IMG/VR virus record: IMGVR_UViG_2558309062_000001
Span: 32,573 to 96,572 of that record
Reading direction: 5' to 3' (one strand)
From: a virus
Lineage: Duplodnaviria > Caudoviricetes
Length of the DNA stretch: 64,000 nucleotides
The notes under the pieces are model-generated. The model was not told where the DNA came from, ran no database searches, and saw only the letters and a list, made by a program, of their open reading frames with translations. This document shows positions 35,206 through 45,335 of this stretch, in pieces. Position 1 is the first letter of the stretch. Each line of letters opens with the position of its first letter. The position numbers and the translations under genes are program-made.

Positions 35206-35278
35206 CTTTCAAGTCCTTTATTGAGTGGGCATTCACCAATACCGGCAACGCGCCATCATTTCAAGGTCCAGATGATTC

Positions 35279-35887
35279 ATGAGTCGTCCTACGCCGCCGG
35301 CTGACCTGCTCGAATCTCTGTGGCTAACGCTTCGCCCAGCCACTGGAGTGTGGGATTGGGTCCAGCGCGAGATCCTTGCCGACACCGGCAGCATCCATAA
35401 CCCGGATCACGCTCACCTGATCGACGCCAGCATCGGTGTGCTGTGGGCATCGACTGGGTTCGCCAAGCAGGGGCGAGTGGTGCTTGGCCAGGCCGAGCAG
35501 CTGATGTTCCGCGCTGGCGGGTGGCAGAAGGCACGGCAAGAGCAGCAGATGCGGGAGTGGTTTGGCGCGGAGCCGTCCTACCTAATCACCTTGGCAGCCG
35601 ATTACTGCGCTCAATGCACCGATGCCGAGTTCTGCGCCTTGGTCGAACACGAGCTGTATCACATCGCTCAGGCGACCGATGAGTACGGCGCACCCAAGTT
35701 CACCCAAGAGGGGCTGCCTAAGCTCTACCTACGCGGCCATGACGTCGAAGAGTTCGTCGGCGTGGTGAGGCGCTACGGTGCCAGTGAAGACGTACAGCAG
35801 CTGATCGAAGCTGCAAGCCGGCCGCCTGAGGTGGCCAAGATCAACATTTCGAGGGCCTGCGGAACCTGCCTACTCAAGTCGGCCTGA
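35279..35887 (+). CDS. Putative phage metallopeptidase
   Basis: ALVEHELYH, HDVEEF.GVV.RYG. Confidence 0.85.
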   Translation: MSRPTPPADLLESLWLTLRPATGVWDWVQREILADTGSIHNPDHAHLIDASIGVLWASTGFAKQGRVVLGQAEQLMFRAGGWQKARQEQQMREWFGAEPSYLITLAADYCAQCTDAEFCALVEHELYHIAQATDEYGAPKFTQEGLPKLYLRGHDVEEFVGVVRRYGASEDVQQLIEAASRPPEVAKINISRACGTCLLKSA

Positions 35888-35917
35888 TTTTGACGGGTCC
35901 TGACGGATGACAACCCT

Positions 35918-36394
35918 ATGGCAGCACTACGAAGCGAGGTCAAAGCCTTCATTGTTCAGGCTCTGGCCTGCTTCGACACACCGTCGCAGGTTGCTGAGGC
36001 CGTCAAGAAGGAATTCGGGATTGAAGTGAGTCGCCAGCAGTGCGAGTCGCATGACCCCACCAAGTATGCAGGAAGAGGTCTGGCCCAAAAGTGGGCTGAC
36101 CTTTTCCACGAATGCCGAAAGCGCTTTCGTGAAGAGACGGCAGACATTCCAATCGCTAACCGAGCGTTTCGGCTGCGCGGGCTTGGGCGATTGGCCGAGA
36201 AGGCCGAGAACATGCGAAACCTGGCGCTGACCGCTCAGCTGTATGAGCAGGCGGCCAAGGAATGCGGCGACATGTACGTCAACCGCAAGATCGAACCCGA
36301 CAAGCCCCTGGGCTCCCAGGCGGACCAGCAGCACGCCGTTGCTGAGTACAAGCTGGAGCCAGACGAGAATGTCCCCGCTACCCCGTACCTATGA
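35918..36394 (+). CDS. Terminase small subunit (DUF2280-like)
   Basis: VKAFIVQALACFDTPSQV; upstream of terL. Confidence 0.85.
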   Translation: MAALRSEVKAFIVQALACFDTPSQVAEAVKKEFGIEVSRQQCESHDPTKYAGRGLAQKWADLFHECRKRFREETADIPIANRAFRLRGLGRLAEKAENMRNLALTAQLYEQAAKECGDMYVNRKIEPDKPLGSQADQQHAVAEYKLEPDENVPATPYL

Positions 36395-37688
36395 GGCTCC
36401 GGTAAAGCTGACGCCGAAGCAGGCGAACATCTACGTGTGGGGCTTCCAGCGTAATGCCCGCTTCCGCGATGCGGTGTGTGGCCGGCGATTCGGCAAGACC
36501 TTCCTCGGCAAGGCTGAGATGCGCCGCGCGGCCCGGCTGGCTGCCGAGTGGGGTGTCAGCGTTGAGGATGAGATCTGGTACGCAGCCCCGACGCAGAAGC
36601 AGGCCCGCCGAGTGTTCTGGCGCCGACTGAAGCAGGCCATCCCGCGAGAGTGGCGAGAGTGCAAGCCGAACGAGTCGGACATGCTGATCACGCTCAAGAG
36701 CGGCCACCTGATCCGGTGCGTTGGCTTGGAGAATTACGACGACCTGCGCGGCTCAGGCCTGTTCTTCGTGCTGGTGGACGAATGGGCGGACTGCAAGTGG
36801 GCTGCGTGGGAGGAAGTCCTGCGACCTATGCTGTCCACCTGCGAGTACGTCGTGCCCGGTGTTGGCAAGTGCAAGGGCGGACATGCGCTGCGCATTGGCA
36901 CCCCGAAAGGCTTCAACCATTGCTTCGACACCTACCGCGACGGCCAGGTAGGCGGCGAGCCAGACCACAAGAGCTGGCTCTATACGTCACTGCAGGGCGG
37001 TAATGTTCCGGCTGAGGAGCTGGACGCGGCCCGCCGCAAGATGGACCCGCGCACATTCCGGCAGGAGTACGAGGCCAGCTTCGAGAACTACGCCGGGGTC
37101 GTCTACTACACCTTCAGCCGCAGCGAGAGCTGCACAAGCGAGCGCATCAAGCCTGGCGAGGCCCTGCACATCGGCATGGACTTCAACGTCATGAAGATGG
37201 CCGCGGTGGTCTATGTCGTCCGCGATGGCCTGCCTTTGGCCCTTGATGAGTTCCACTCGGTTCGTGACACGCCGGAGATGATCGAGAAGATCAAGGCGCG
37301 TTTCCCAGGGCACGGCATAGCGGTCTATCCCGACGCCAGTGGCCAGAACACCAGTAGCAAGAACGCCAGCGAGTCGGACCTATCCCTGCTGCGCAAAGCT
37401 GGATTCACGGTGATCGTGGACACGCAGAACCCGAGCGTCAAAGACCGGGTTAACTCGGTCAACGCCATGCTGCTGAACAGCTACGGCGAACGCCGGCTTA
37501 AGGTCAACATGGACCAGTGCCCGCAGCTGACGCTGTGCCTGGAGCGGCAGACCTACGACAAGCATGGCGATCCGGACAAAGACCCAAAGAAGGGGCACGA
37601 CCACATGAATGACGCCGCCGGCTACTTCATCGCCAAGCGATACCCGATCAACGTGGCGACGACCACAAGCCAATCCCTGAGAATGTGA
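36369..37688 (+). CDS. terL: Terminase large subunit
   Basis: GRRFGKT, LVDEW, GMDFN, DHMNDA. Confidence 0.93.
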   Translation: MSPLPRTYEAPVKLTPKQANIYVWGFQRNARFRDAVCGRRFGKTFLGKAEMRRAARLAAEWGVSVEDEIWYAAPTQKQARRVFWRRLKQAIPREWRECKPNESDMLITLKSGHLIRCVGLENYDDLRGSGLFFVLVDEWADCKWAAWEEVLRPMLSTCEYVVPGVGKCKGGHALRIGTPKGFNHCFDTYRDGQVGGEPDHKSWLYTSLQGGNVPAEELDAARRKMDPRTFRQEYEASFENYAGVVYYTFSRSESCTSERIKPGEALHIGMDFNVMKMAAVVYVVRDGLPLALDEFHSVRDTPEMIEKIKARFPGHGIAVYPDASGQNTSSKNASESDLSLLRKAGFTVIVDTQNPSVKDRVNSVNAMLLNSYGERRLKVNMDQCPQLTLCLERQTYDKHGDPDKDPKKGHDHMNDAAGYFIAKRYPINVATTTSQSLRM

Positions 37689-37690
37689 CC

Positions 37691-39096
37691 ATGAGCGATA
37701 ACCCGAGCATCACGCTGCCCGCTGTCGACGCGATGCGCGCCTACTGGGCCGTGATCTCGCCACTCATGGGCGGAACCATGGCGATGCGAGCGGCGGGGAA
37801 GGTCCTGCTGCCGCAGTACCCAGCCGAAGACGACGAGGCCTACAAAGAGCGCCTGCGCCTCTCGACCCTGCTGCCGGCGTACTCCGAGACCGTGGGCAAC
37901 ATGACCTCCCGCGTGTTCGCCGAGCCGCTGCAGGTGGGCGACGATGTGCCAGAGGCCATTGTCGAGATGACTAAGGACATCGACCACGCCGGCAACGATC
38001 TCAACTCCTGGGCGGTAGGGTTCTTCACCGAAGGCTTGAGCCATGGGCTGTGCCACGCCTTCGTCGATCACCCGCCAGCGGGTGAGCTGAAGACCCAGGC
38101 AGACGAGCAGGCCGCTGGCGTGCGCCCCTATGTGGTGATGGTGAGGCCTGAGCAGGTGCTGGGCTGGCGCTCCAAGGGCGGCGTGCTGACCATGGTCCGC
38201 TACATCGAGGTGGTCGAGGAGGAAGATGGCGAGTTCGGCGCCAAGTGCGTCGAGCAGATTCGCGTGCTGGAGCCGGCGCCTGGCGAACCTATCGCAGGTC
38301 AGCCAAGGCCGTGCGCGGTAAGCAGGCCGCATCTGGCGGTACTTGGGAGCTACACGAGGAAGGCACCAACAGCCTGACCGCGATCCCCTGGGTCACCTTC
38401 TACACCGGTCGCACCGGCTTCATGACCGCTAAGCCGCCACTGATTGAGCTTGCACACCTGAACGTGAAGCACTGGCAGAGCCAGAGTGACCAGGACAACA
38501 TCCTTCACGTGATCCGCGTCCCGATCCTGGTTCGCATCGGCATCCAGGCCCAGTACGACAACCAGGGGAAGGTGATCCCGCCAGAGTTCAAGGTGGGCAC
38601 CGGCCAGCTGACCGATCTGCCCAAGGACGGCGACCTCAAGTACGTCGAGCACACCGGCCAGGCCGTCGATGCGGGTCGCACAGCGCTGCAGGACCTGATC
38701 AACGAGATGCGCATGGCCGGGGCCAAGCTGCTGACGCCGGACAAGACGGCCACCAAGACCGCCACCCAGGCGGAGGAGGAGGCGGCGCAGGAACTGTCCC
38801 CGCTGGCACGCATGGCGAACCACTTCGCCGACTGCCTGGCGCAACTGCTCCAGTTCATGGCCGATTATCGCGGCTTAGGCGATGGCGGCACTGTCGAGAT
38901 GCGCGGCAACTTCGATGTCGACTACATGCCGGAGGTGTCGCTGCCGACACTGGTATCCATGGCCAATGCCGGGATGATCAGCAAGGAGACGCTGTTCACC
39001 GAGATGCAGCGCCGCGGGGTGATCAGCGACGAATACGACTGGGAAGAGGAACTGGCGAAGATTGAGGCCCAGGGCCCGGCCCTCGGTACGCTGTGA
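37691..39096 (+). pseudogene. Portal protein (DUF4055-like), frameshifted near 38275
   Basis: ORFs 37685..38377 and 38245..39096 join as ...IRVLEP-GAWRTY... if one G is added. Confidence 0.8.
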
Positions 39097-40172
39097 TGAA
39101 GACGGCCAACGAGAAGTTGCTGAACGAGCTGATCGGGCATGAGGTCGACCTGTCCAGGCTGAGCAACAGCCAGGTTGTGACGATCATCAAGATCCTCAAC
39201 AGCAAGGACGCCGACCTGCGCGCCGCGCTGATCGAGGCTATCGACAACCTCGGCACCGATCTGTCGGCCGCAGCTGTAGATATCGCCCTGTCGGCAGTGC
39301 TGCGGATCAACCAGCAGACCTTCATTGAGATCCGCCTGGCCATGGACCAGGTGACCGACGGGCTGATCAGCTACGAGCTGGCGTTCCAGCAGAACGTGTT
39401 GCGGGCCGTTCTCCCGGCTCTGGTGCAGGAGGCATACCCGATCGTCTCCCCGGTATTTAGCGCGGTGAAGGCGATTGCCCAGGCCCGACCATTCCAGGGG
39501 CGCCTGCTGAGGGAGTGGATGACCGGCATCGAGTCGAGTCGCGCCGCCGCAGTGCGCGACGCTGTGCGCTCGGGCGTGGTCGAGGGGCGTACCACTGCCG
39601 ATATCGTTCGCACAGTCATGGGCAGCCGGGTTCAGCAATACGCCGACGGTGCCCTCCAGAAGGCCAGGCGCGACGTTGAGGCGGTAGTGCGGTCTGCGGT
39701 ATCCCATACTGCCGAAACGGCCAGCGACGCGGCGTACGAGGCCAACAGCGACATCATCAGCCATGTCGAGTGGCTCAGTACGCTAGACAACCACACCTCA
39801 AGCGACTGCCGGATCCGCGACCGGCTGCCCTACACCCTGGGCACCTACAAGCCCATCGGCCACACGATCCCGTGGCTGGCCGGGCCTGGGCGAATTCACT
39901 TTTGCTGCCGATCCAGCAAGGTTCCGGTGCTCAAGAGCGCCAAGGCCCTGGGTTTCAGCGACGGAGCAACGCGGGCGAGCATGGACGGCCAAGTACCAGA
40001 GTCGACCACCTACGCCGAATGGCTCAGCAAGCAGTCGGCGGCGCGCCAGGACGAGATCCTTGGGCCGGAACGTGGCCGACTGATGCGTGAGGGCGGGCTG
40101 AAGCTCAGCGCGTTCTACAACGACAAGGGAAAGCTCCTCACGCTTGCGCAACTGCAGGATCGGCTCAAGTAA
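39093..40172 (+). CDS. Minor head protein (Mu gpF / SPP1 gp7-like)
   Basis: WLSTLDNHTS..C..RD, HFCCRS. Confidence 0.88.
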   Translation: MMKTANEKLLNELIGHEVDLSRLSNSQVVTIIKILNSKDADLRAALIEAIDNLGTDLSAAAVDIALSAVLRINQQTFIEIRLAMDQVTDGLISYELAFQQNVLRAVLPALVQEAYPIVSPVFSAVKAIAQARPFQGRLLREWMTGIESSRAAAVRDAVRSGVVEGRTTADIVRTVMGSRVQQYADGALQKARRDVEAVVRSAVSHTAETASDAAYEANSDIISHVEWLSTLDNHTSSDCRIRDRLPYTLGTYKPIGHTIPWLAGPGRIHFCCRSSKVPVLKSAKALGFSDGATRASMDGQVPESTTYAEWLSKQSAARQDEILGPERGRLMREGGLKLSAFYNDKGKLLTLAQLQDRLK

Positions 40173-40175
40173 CAC

Positions 40176-40212
40176 CGCGCCACGAATCCATCACCTGCGA
40201 TTTCGTGGCGCG
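40176..40212. repeat. 37-bp inverted-repeat site, copy 4 (perfect)
   Basis: CGCGCCACGAA-N15-TTCGTGGCGCG just after the stop codon. Confidence 0.65.
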
Positions 40213-40325
40213 CAACTTCAAGGCCTCGCCTCGTGCGGGGCTTTTTTCTGCCTGCGGTTCGGATGGACGGGGCGCAACTGGGGCCGGATGGCTCACCAAC
40301 AGGCCGGATGGCCCAGAGAGACGAG

Positions 40326-41072
40326 ATGAAACTCAAAACCGTTGAAGTGGATGGCAAGCAGTACGCAGTGATCGAAGATGGAAAGCCCGTATACACCGAT
40401 GACGACGGCAAGGACGTCGCCTTCGATGCGGTCGGCACTCGCAACACCATCACCCGGCTGAATGCCGAGGCGAAGTCGCACCGCGAGCGCGCGGACAGCT
40501 TCGAGAAAACTGCGAAGGCGTTCGAAGGCATCGAAGATGCTGCGGCCGCCAAGAAAGCCCTGGAGATCGTCGCCAACCTCGACGCCAAGAAGCTGGTGGA
40601 TGCCGGCGAGATCGAGAAGGTGAAGGGCGAAATCAGCAAGGCCTTCCAAACCCAGCTGGATGAAGCCAACGGCAAGGCGCAGACCTTCGAGCAGCAGCTG
40701 TATGCCGAGAAGATCGGCGGCAGCTTCGCGCGCTCCCAGTTCATCGCCGAGAAGATGGCTGTTCCCGCTGACATGGTCCAGGCCGCCTTCGGCAGCAACT
40801 TCAAGATCGAGGAAGGCAAGGTCGTCGCGTACGACGCCCAGGGCCAGAAGATCTTCAGTCGCGCCCGCCCGGGCGAACTGGCCGACTTCAACGAAGCGCT
40901 CGAAACCCTCGTCTCGCAGTACCCCCATCGCGACCACATCCTGAAGAGCTCCGGCGCCAATGGCGGCGGCGCGCCGAACGGCGGTGGCCAGCACAAAACC
41001 ACGAAGGGCAACTTCGGTGGCACCAAGGCTGAACGCCTGGAAGCCATCAAGGGCCTGACCGCAAGCGAATAA
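40326..41072 (+). CDS. Capsid scaffold protein
   Basis: Coiled coil with a Gly-rich tail; precedes the capsid gene. Confidence 0.8.
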   Translation: MKLKTVEVDGKQYAVIEDGKPVYTDDDGKDVAFDAVGTRNTITRLNAEAKSHRERADSFEKTAKAFEGIEDAAAAKKALEIVANLDAKKLVDAGEIEKVKGEISKAFQTQLDEANGKAQTFEQQLYAEKIGGSFARSQFIAEKMAVPADMVQAAFGSNFKIEEGKVVAYDAQGQKIFSRARPGELADFNEALETLVSQYPHRDHILKSSGANGGGAPNGGGQHKTTKGNFGGTKAERLEAIKGLTASE

Positions 41073-41081
41073 GGAGGCCCA

Positions 41082-42050
41082 ATGGCCCTTTCGAACATGA
41101 AGGTGTTCAACGAATACCTCAAGCGCACCACCATCGAGACCCTGGCTCAGGATGTCGAGAAGTTCAACGCATCCTCGGCCGGTGCCATCCGCCTGACTAC
41201 CCAGGGCATCGACGGCGACTTCCTGCAGGAATCGTTCTGGGCAGGTCTGCACGGCGCCCAGCGTCGCGTCGACCGCTACGCTGCCAACGGCGCCCAGGCG
41301 TCCACCCCGCTGGCCCAGAAGCAGTACGACTCGGTGAAGATCGCCGGCGGCTTCGGCCCGATCCTGTGGGAGCCTTCCCAGCTCTCCTGGATCCAGAAGA
41401 ACCCGGAAGAAGCGCTGGAAGTGATCAGCCGCAACCTGTCCGAAGCCATCATGGCGGACCAGCTGAACACTGCCATCTCGGCCCTGGCCGGCGCCATTGG
41501 CAACCAGCCGACCGCCACCAACGACGTTTCGGCGACTGCTGGCGTGACCTACGTCGCGATCAACAACGCCCACGCGCTGTTCGGTGACGCTTCCCAGCGC
41601 CTGGTGGCCCAGGTCATGACCGGTGCGATGTACCACAAGCTGGTTGGCCAGAACCTCGCCAATGCCGAGCGTCTGTTCCAGTTCTCCGGCGTGCAGGTGG
41701 TCGACATCCTCGGCAAAGCCGTGATCATCACCGACGCCCCTGCGCTGTACGAGGCCGGGACCCCGAACAAGCAGAAGGTGCTCAGCCTGGCCGACGGCGC
41801 CGCGGTCGTGATGGATGGCTCCGACCTGATCACCAACATCGAGACCTCCAACGGCAAGGAGCGTATCGAGACCACCATGCAGGCCGACTACACCTTCGGT
41901 CTGGGCCTCAAGGGCTACACCTGGGACACCGCCAACGGCGGCAAGTCGCCTACCAACGCCGAACTGTCCACCGGCACCAACTGGGATCTGGTGGCGAACA
42001 GCATCAAGGCCTCGGCCGGCGTGCTGACCATCGGTGACGCCACCAAGTAA
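41082..42050 (+). CDS. Major capsid protein
   Basis: 322 aa; AGGAGG RBS; strong codon bias; position. Confidence 0.85.
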   Translation: MALSNMKVFNEYLKRTTIETLAQDVEKFNASSAGAIRLTTQGIDGDFLQESFWAGLHGAQRRVDRYAANGAQASTPLAQKQYDSVKIAGGFGPILWEPSQLSWIQKNPEEALEVISRNLSEAIMADQLNTAISALAGAIGNQPTATNDVSATAGVTYVAINNAHALFGDASQRLVAQVMTGAMYHKLVGQNLANAERLFQFSGVQVVDILGKAVIITDAPALYEAGTPNKQKVLSLADGAAVVMDGSDLITNIETSNGKERIETTMQADYTFGLGLKGYTWDTANGGKSPTNAELSTGTNWDLVANSIKASAGVLTIGDATK

Positions 42051-42091
42051 TCGGTACCGCGCCCTCCGGGGCGCCTTCCTAGGAGATCGCC

Positions 42092-42388
42092 ATGAGCGAG
42101 AAAGTGATTTACGAGAAACACCCGGTCAGCCCTGAGCGAAAGGCCGAACTGCGTCAGAAGGGCTACAAGATCATCGATGCGCGTTTCGCGCCCGATGGCT
42201 ACGAGCACCCGGAGCCGCTGAAGGAGACCAAAGGCTCGAAGGCTGGCAAGTCGGCTGCCGACAAGAAGGCCGCTGAAGAAGCCGAACTGAAGGCAAAGCT
42301 GCAGGCTGCGCTGACCGAGAAGGGCATCCAGTTCGCGCCTGAAGCCACCCTGGAAGATCTGCAGAAGCTGCTGGACGGGGCCGCGTAA
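42092..42388 (+). CDS. Head accessory protein with HeH/LEM-like C-terminus
   Basis: LQAALTEKGIQFAPEATLEDLQKLL. Confidence 0.7.
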   Translation: MSEKVIYEKHPVSPERKAELRQKGYKIIDARFAPDGYEHPEPLKETKGSKAGKSAADKKAAEEAELKAKLQAALTEKGIQFAPEATLEDLQKLLDGAA

Positions 42389-42756
42389 TGACGACCTACA
42401 TCAGCATCGAGCAGGTCGACGCGCTGCTGGGCCAGACCTGGGCGCCGGATGAAAAGAAGGCGCGCGCGGTGCTGATGGCCAACACCTGGCTCACCAACCA
42501 GGGCCTGCCCGAGTTCGACACGGTTCCCTCTGATGTCGTGCAGGCGGGCGCAGAGGTGGCAGTAGAGGCGGCTGCTGGCAACCTGTTCCAGGCGAAGGAA
42601 ACCGGCGTGCTAAGCAAGTCCGTGGATGCGGACGGAGTGTCGAGCAGCAAAACCTACTCTGCAACGTCCAAGGCCATCAGCGCGGGTGAGTCCTTCGCCT
42701 TGGCCCTGCTGGCGCGGTATCTGGGCACCGGCCAGGTCAAGATCGTCAGGGGGTGA
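42388..42756 (+). CDS. Head-tail adaptor
   Basis: TYISIEQVD; position. Confidence 0.7.
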   Translation: MTTYISIEQVDALLGQTWAPDEKKARAVLMANTWLTNQGLPEFDTVPSDVVQAGAEVAVEAAAGNLFQAKETGVLSKSVDADGVSSSKTYSATSKAISAGESFALALLARYLGTGQVKIVRG

Positions 42757-42757
42757 C

Positions 42758-43144
42758 ATGGGGCTTCGACGCGAGTTACAGGCCGAACTGGCCCAGGCCT
42801 TCGATACGGATCTGGCCGACGCAGTGGCGGTGGTTGATGGCAGCCGGTCTGTACCCGGCACCTATGACCCTGAGAAGGGCGGCAGTACGCCAGCGACAAC
42901 GCTGCACTATGTCGGTCGCGGTGTCTTCGGCCAGTACAAGGCCCGCGAGATCGACGGTACGCGCATCCTGGCGACAGACGTGCGCCTCAAGGCGCTGCAG
43001 AACGAGCTGTTCGTGAAGGACGGCGGCACGGTCACAGACGACCCTGCTACCCCAGCCATCGGTGATCGCATCAGCGGCTACCGAGTCATGAACGTCGGGC
43101 AGGACGCGGCCAAGGCCACCTGGACCATTCAACTGAGGAAGTGA
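42758..43144 (+). CDS. Head closure protein
   Basis: Position; C-terminal WTIQLRK. Confidence 0.7.
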   Translation: MGLRRELQAELAQAFDTDLADAVAVVDGSRSVPGTYDPEKGGSTPATTLHYVGRGVFGQYKAREIDGTRILATDVRLKALQNELFVKDGGTVTDDPATPAIGDRISGYRVMNVGQDAAKATWTIQLRK

Positions 43145-43146
43145 CC

Positions 43147-43818
43147 ATGGCCCGCGGCTCACACATGACCAGCCGTTACGGCGGTCTGGACGGCGGCTTT
43201 GCTGCGCAGTTGGAGCAGTTCGCAGAGGCCGCCAAGGAGGCGATGGACCTAACCTTCCGTGAGGTCGTGATCATGGTCGGCCGGAGGCTGGTGACCATGT
43301 CGCCGGTCGGCAACCCGGATCTCTGGAAGGTGAACGTTGAGGCTCAGGGCAGCGCGGCTGAGCAGATCTCGGCTTACAACGCCAAGGCAGCGGCCATTAA
43401 TGTTGGCATCACGTCCGACCAGGCCAACTACACCAAAAGGGGCAACCTGAAAGGCGGTTTGCGGCTGCGAAAGCCGCTGACCAAGCGCGAGCAGCGCGAG
43501 AACTTCGGGTTCGGCGTCCGGAGGGTTGGCCAGGGCTACGTGGGCGGCCGCTTCCGCAGTAACTGGCAGCTCACCACCGGCGCTCCAGCCGCAGGCGAGA
43601 TCGAGGACATCGAGAGCGCCGGCGAGACGCTGGACAGGCTTCTCCTGGCTGCCGGTGATCTTTCCGCTGGCGAGGTCGCCTACATCGTCAACAACCTGCC
43701 GTATGCCATCCCTCTGGAGTACGGCCACAGCTCACAGGCGCCTGGCGGCATGGTGCGAGTTACCGTCGCCGACTTCCAGCGCATCGTCGAAGAAGCCATC
43801 AGGACCCATCGAGCATGA
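43147..43818 (+). CDS. HK97 gp10-like neck protein
   Basis: SPV..GRFRSNW..NNLPYAIPLEYGHSSQAPGGMV. Confidence 0.85.
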   Translation: MARGSHMTSRYGGLDGGFAAQLEQFAEAAKEAMDLTFREVVIMVGRRLVTMSPVGNPDLWKVNVEAQGSAAEQISAYNAKAAAINVGITSDQANYTKRGNLKGGLRLRKPLTKREQRENFGFGVRRVGQGYVGGRFRSNWQLTTGAPAAGEIEDIESAGETLDRLLLAAGDLSAGEVAYIVNNLPYAIPLEYGHSSQAPGGMVRVTVADFQRIVEEAIRTHRA

Positions 43819-44243
43819 GCCACGCAAGAGCACGACAGGCCATCGAGATCAAGCTGATGGCCTGGGCCGCGGCGCGCCCGATACGGGTCGCAAACTTCGA
43901 ACAGGGTTTCGAGGCCAGGCCCGACGAAACCTACCTGCAGGCGTTCCAACTGCCAGCGGGCACCACCTGCCGCTACCTGGGCAGCGATGCCTATGAGTAC
44001 ACCGGCGTATACCAGGTGAGCATCGTTTGCCCGGCTGGCCAGCCTCTGGCTACCGCCGAGAGCCTTGTCGGTGAGCTGTCGAGCCTCTTCAGGGTGGACA
44101 CGGAAATCAGCCGCAACGGCTTCGAGGGCCTTGTTACCGAACCGGTTGAGCAGGGCCCAGCCATCACCGAGTCGGCGACCTACATGGTCCCGGCCAGCTT
44201 CACCTACCGCGGTGTCGCGGACCTACCGCCCGCTGGGGCATAA
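43815..44243 (+). CDS. Tail terminator (DUF4128-like)
   Basis: YTGVYQVSIVCPAG; position. Confidence 0.78.
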   Translation: MSHARARQAIEIKLMAWAAARPIRVANFEQGFEARPDETYLQAFQLPAGTTCRYLGSDAYEYTGVYQVSIVCPAGQPLATAESLVGELSSLFRVDTEISRNGFEGLVTEPVEQGPAITESATYMVPASFTYRGVADLPPAGA

Positions 44244-44282
44244 CCAACCGCCTCCCGGCGGGCAACAACGAGGAAACACTCC

Positions 44283-44942
44283 ATGGCCGCAAAATTCCCG
44301 CTGCCGAACGGCTCTGTGCTGGAAATCGCCAGCGTTTTTGGCGCCGCCGTCGCCTTCACCGCTTTGACCAATGCCTTGCCGCCGGTGGCCACCGCTGCCG
44401 GTCACGACATTGAGAATGGCGATGTCCTGTTGGTTAGCTCCGGTTGGGCACTGATCGCCGACCGTGCCGTCAGTGCCGCAAACGTGGCCGCCGACACCTT
44501 CGCCTTGAAAGGCCTCAACACCACCAACGTGGACAAATACACTCCGGGTGCCGGCGTAGGCTCGGTGCTCCCTGTGACCGCCTGGGCGCAGATCTCCAAG
44601 GTGACCGCTTTCACCTCGGCCGGCGGTGAGCAGCAATACCTCACCGTGGGGTATCTGGAAGATGACGATGACCGCCAGTTCCCGACCAACCGCAACCCGA
44701 TCACGCTGTCAATCACCGTCGAGGACCAGCCGACCGCTGCCTACGTCGCCCTGGTCGAAAACTACGGTGACAGCAAGGAGCTCGCGGTGGTACGCCTCAA
44801 GCTGCCAGGCGGCGACCAGATCCTTTACCCGGGCTACGTGAGCATCACCACCACCCCAACCATGGATCGGAACAGCCTCATGACGCGCACCATCAGCATC
44901 GCACTGTCGGGCCGTCCAGTTCGCATTCTGGCCGGTGCGTAA
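44283..44942 (+). CDS. Major tail tube protein
   Basis: LPNGS..GGEQQY..LEDD..Q.PT. Confidence 0.85.
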   Translation: MAAKFPLPNGSVLEIASVFGAAVAFTALTNALPPVATAAGHDIENGDVLLVSSGWALIADRAVSAANVAADTFALKGLNTTNVDKYTPGAGVGSVLPVTAWAQISKVTAFTSAGGEQQYLTVGYLEDDDDRQFPTNRNPITLSITVEDQPTAAYVALVENYGDSKELAVVRLKLPGGDQILYPGYVSITTTPTMDRNSLMTRTISIALSGRPVRILAGA

Positions 44943-44951
44943 GGAGCCATC

Positions 44952-45335
44952 ATGGCGAAGATCAAGATCGCGCAGAACCCTACTTTCACCGCCGTGGTGC
45001 AGGTTCCGCGGATTGGCGCCGAACCGGTGCCGGTGAAATTCCAGTTCCGCTACATGGACCGCGTGGCCCTGTCCGCAATGTTTGATCGCTGGAACAAGGC
45101 GCGCGACGCCTGGGCGGAGAAGGCCCAGAAGGACGGGGCAACCTGGGAGGAGGTCACCACCGGTGAAATCGCCCTGCAGGCAGATCAGTTGAGCGAGATC
45201 GTCACAGGCTGGGATCTGGAGGACGAGTTCAGCTCCGAGGCTATCGCCGACCTGGTGCGCACTTGCACCGGGGCACCGAAGGCGGTAATCGACGCTTACC
45301 AGGCTGCCTACAGCCCGGCCCGACTGGGAAACTGA
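44952..45335 (+). CDS. Tail assembly chaperone (G-like)
   Basis: PTFTAVV, GWDLEDEF; ends in a slippery site. Confidence 0.85.
   Translation: MAKIKIAQNPTFTAVVQVPRIGAEPVPVKFQFRYMDRVALSAMFDRWNKARDAWAEKAQKDGATWEEVTTGEIALQADQLSEIVTGWDLEDEFSSEAIADLVRTCTGAPKAVIDAYQAAYSPARLGN
45326..45332 (+). other. Programmed -1 frameshift site G GGA AAC
   Basis: X XXY YYZ heptamer in frame just before the G stop; the -1 frame is open to 45649. Confidence 0.8.
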
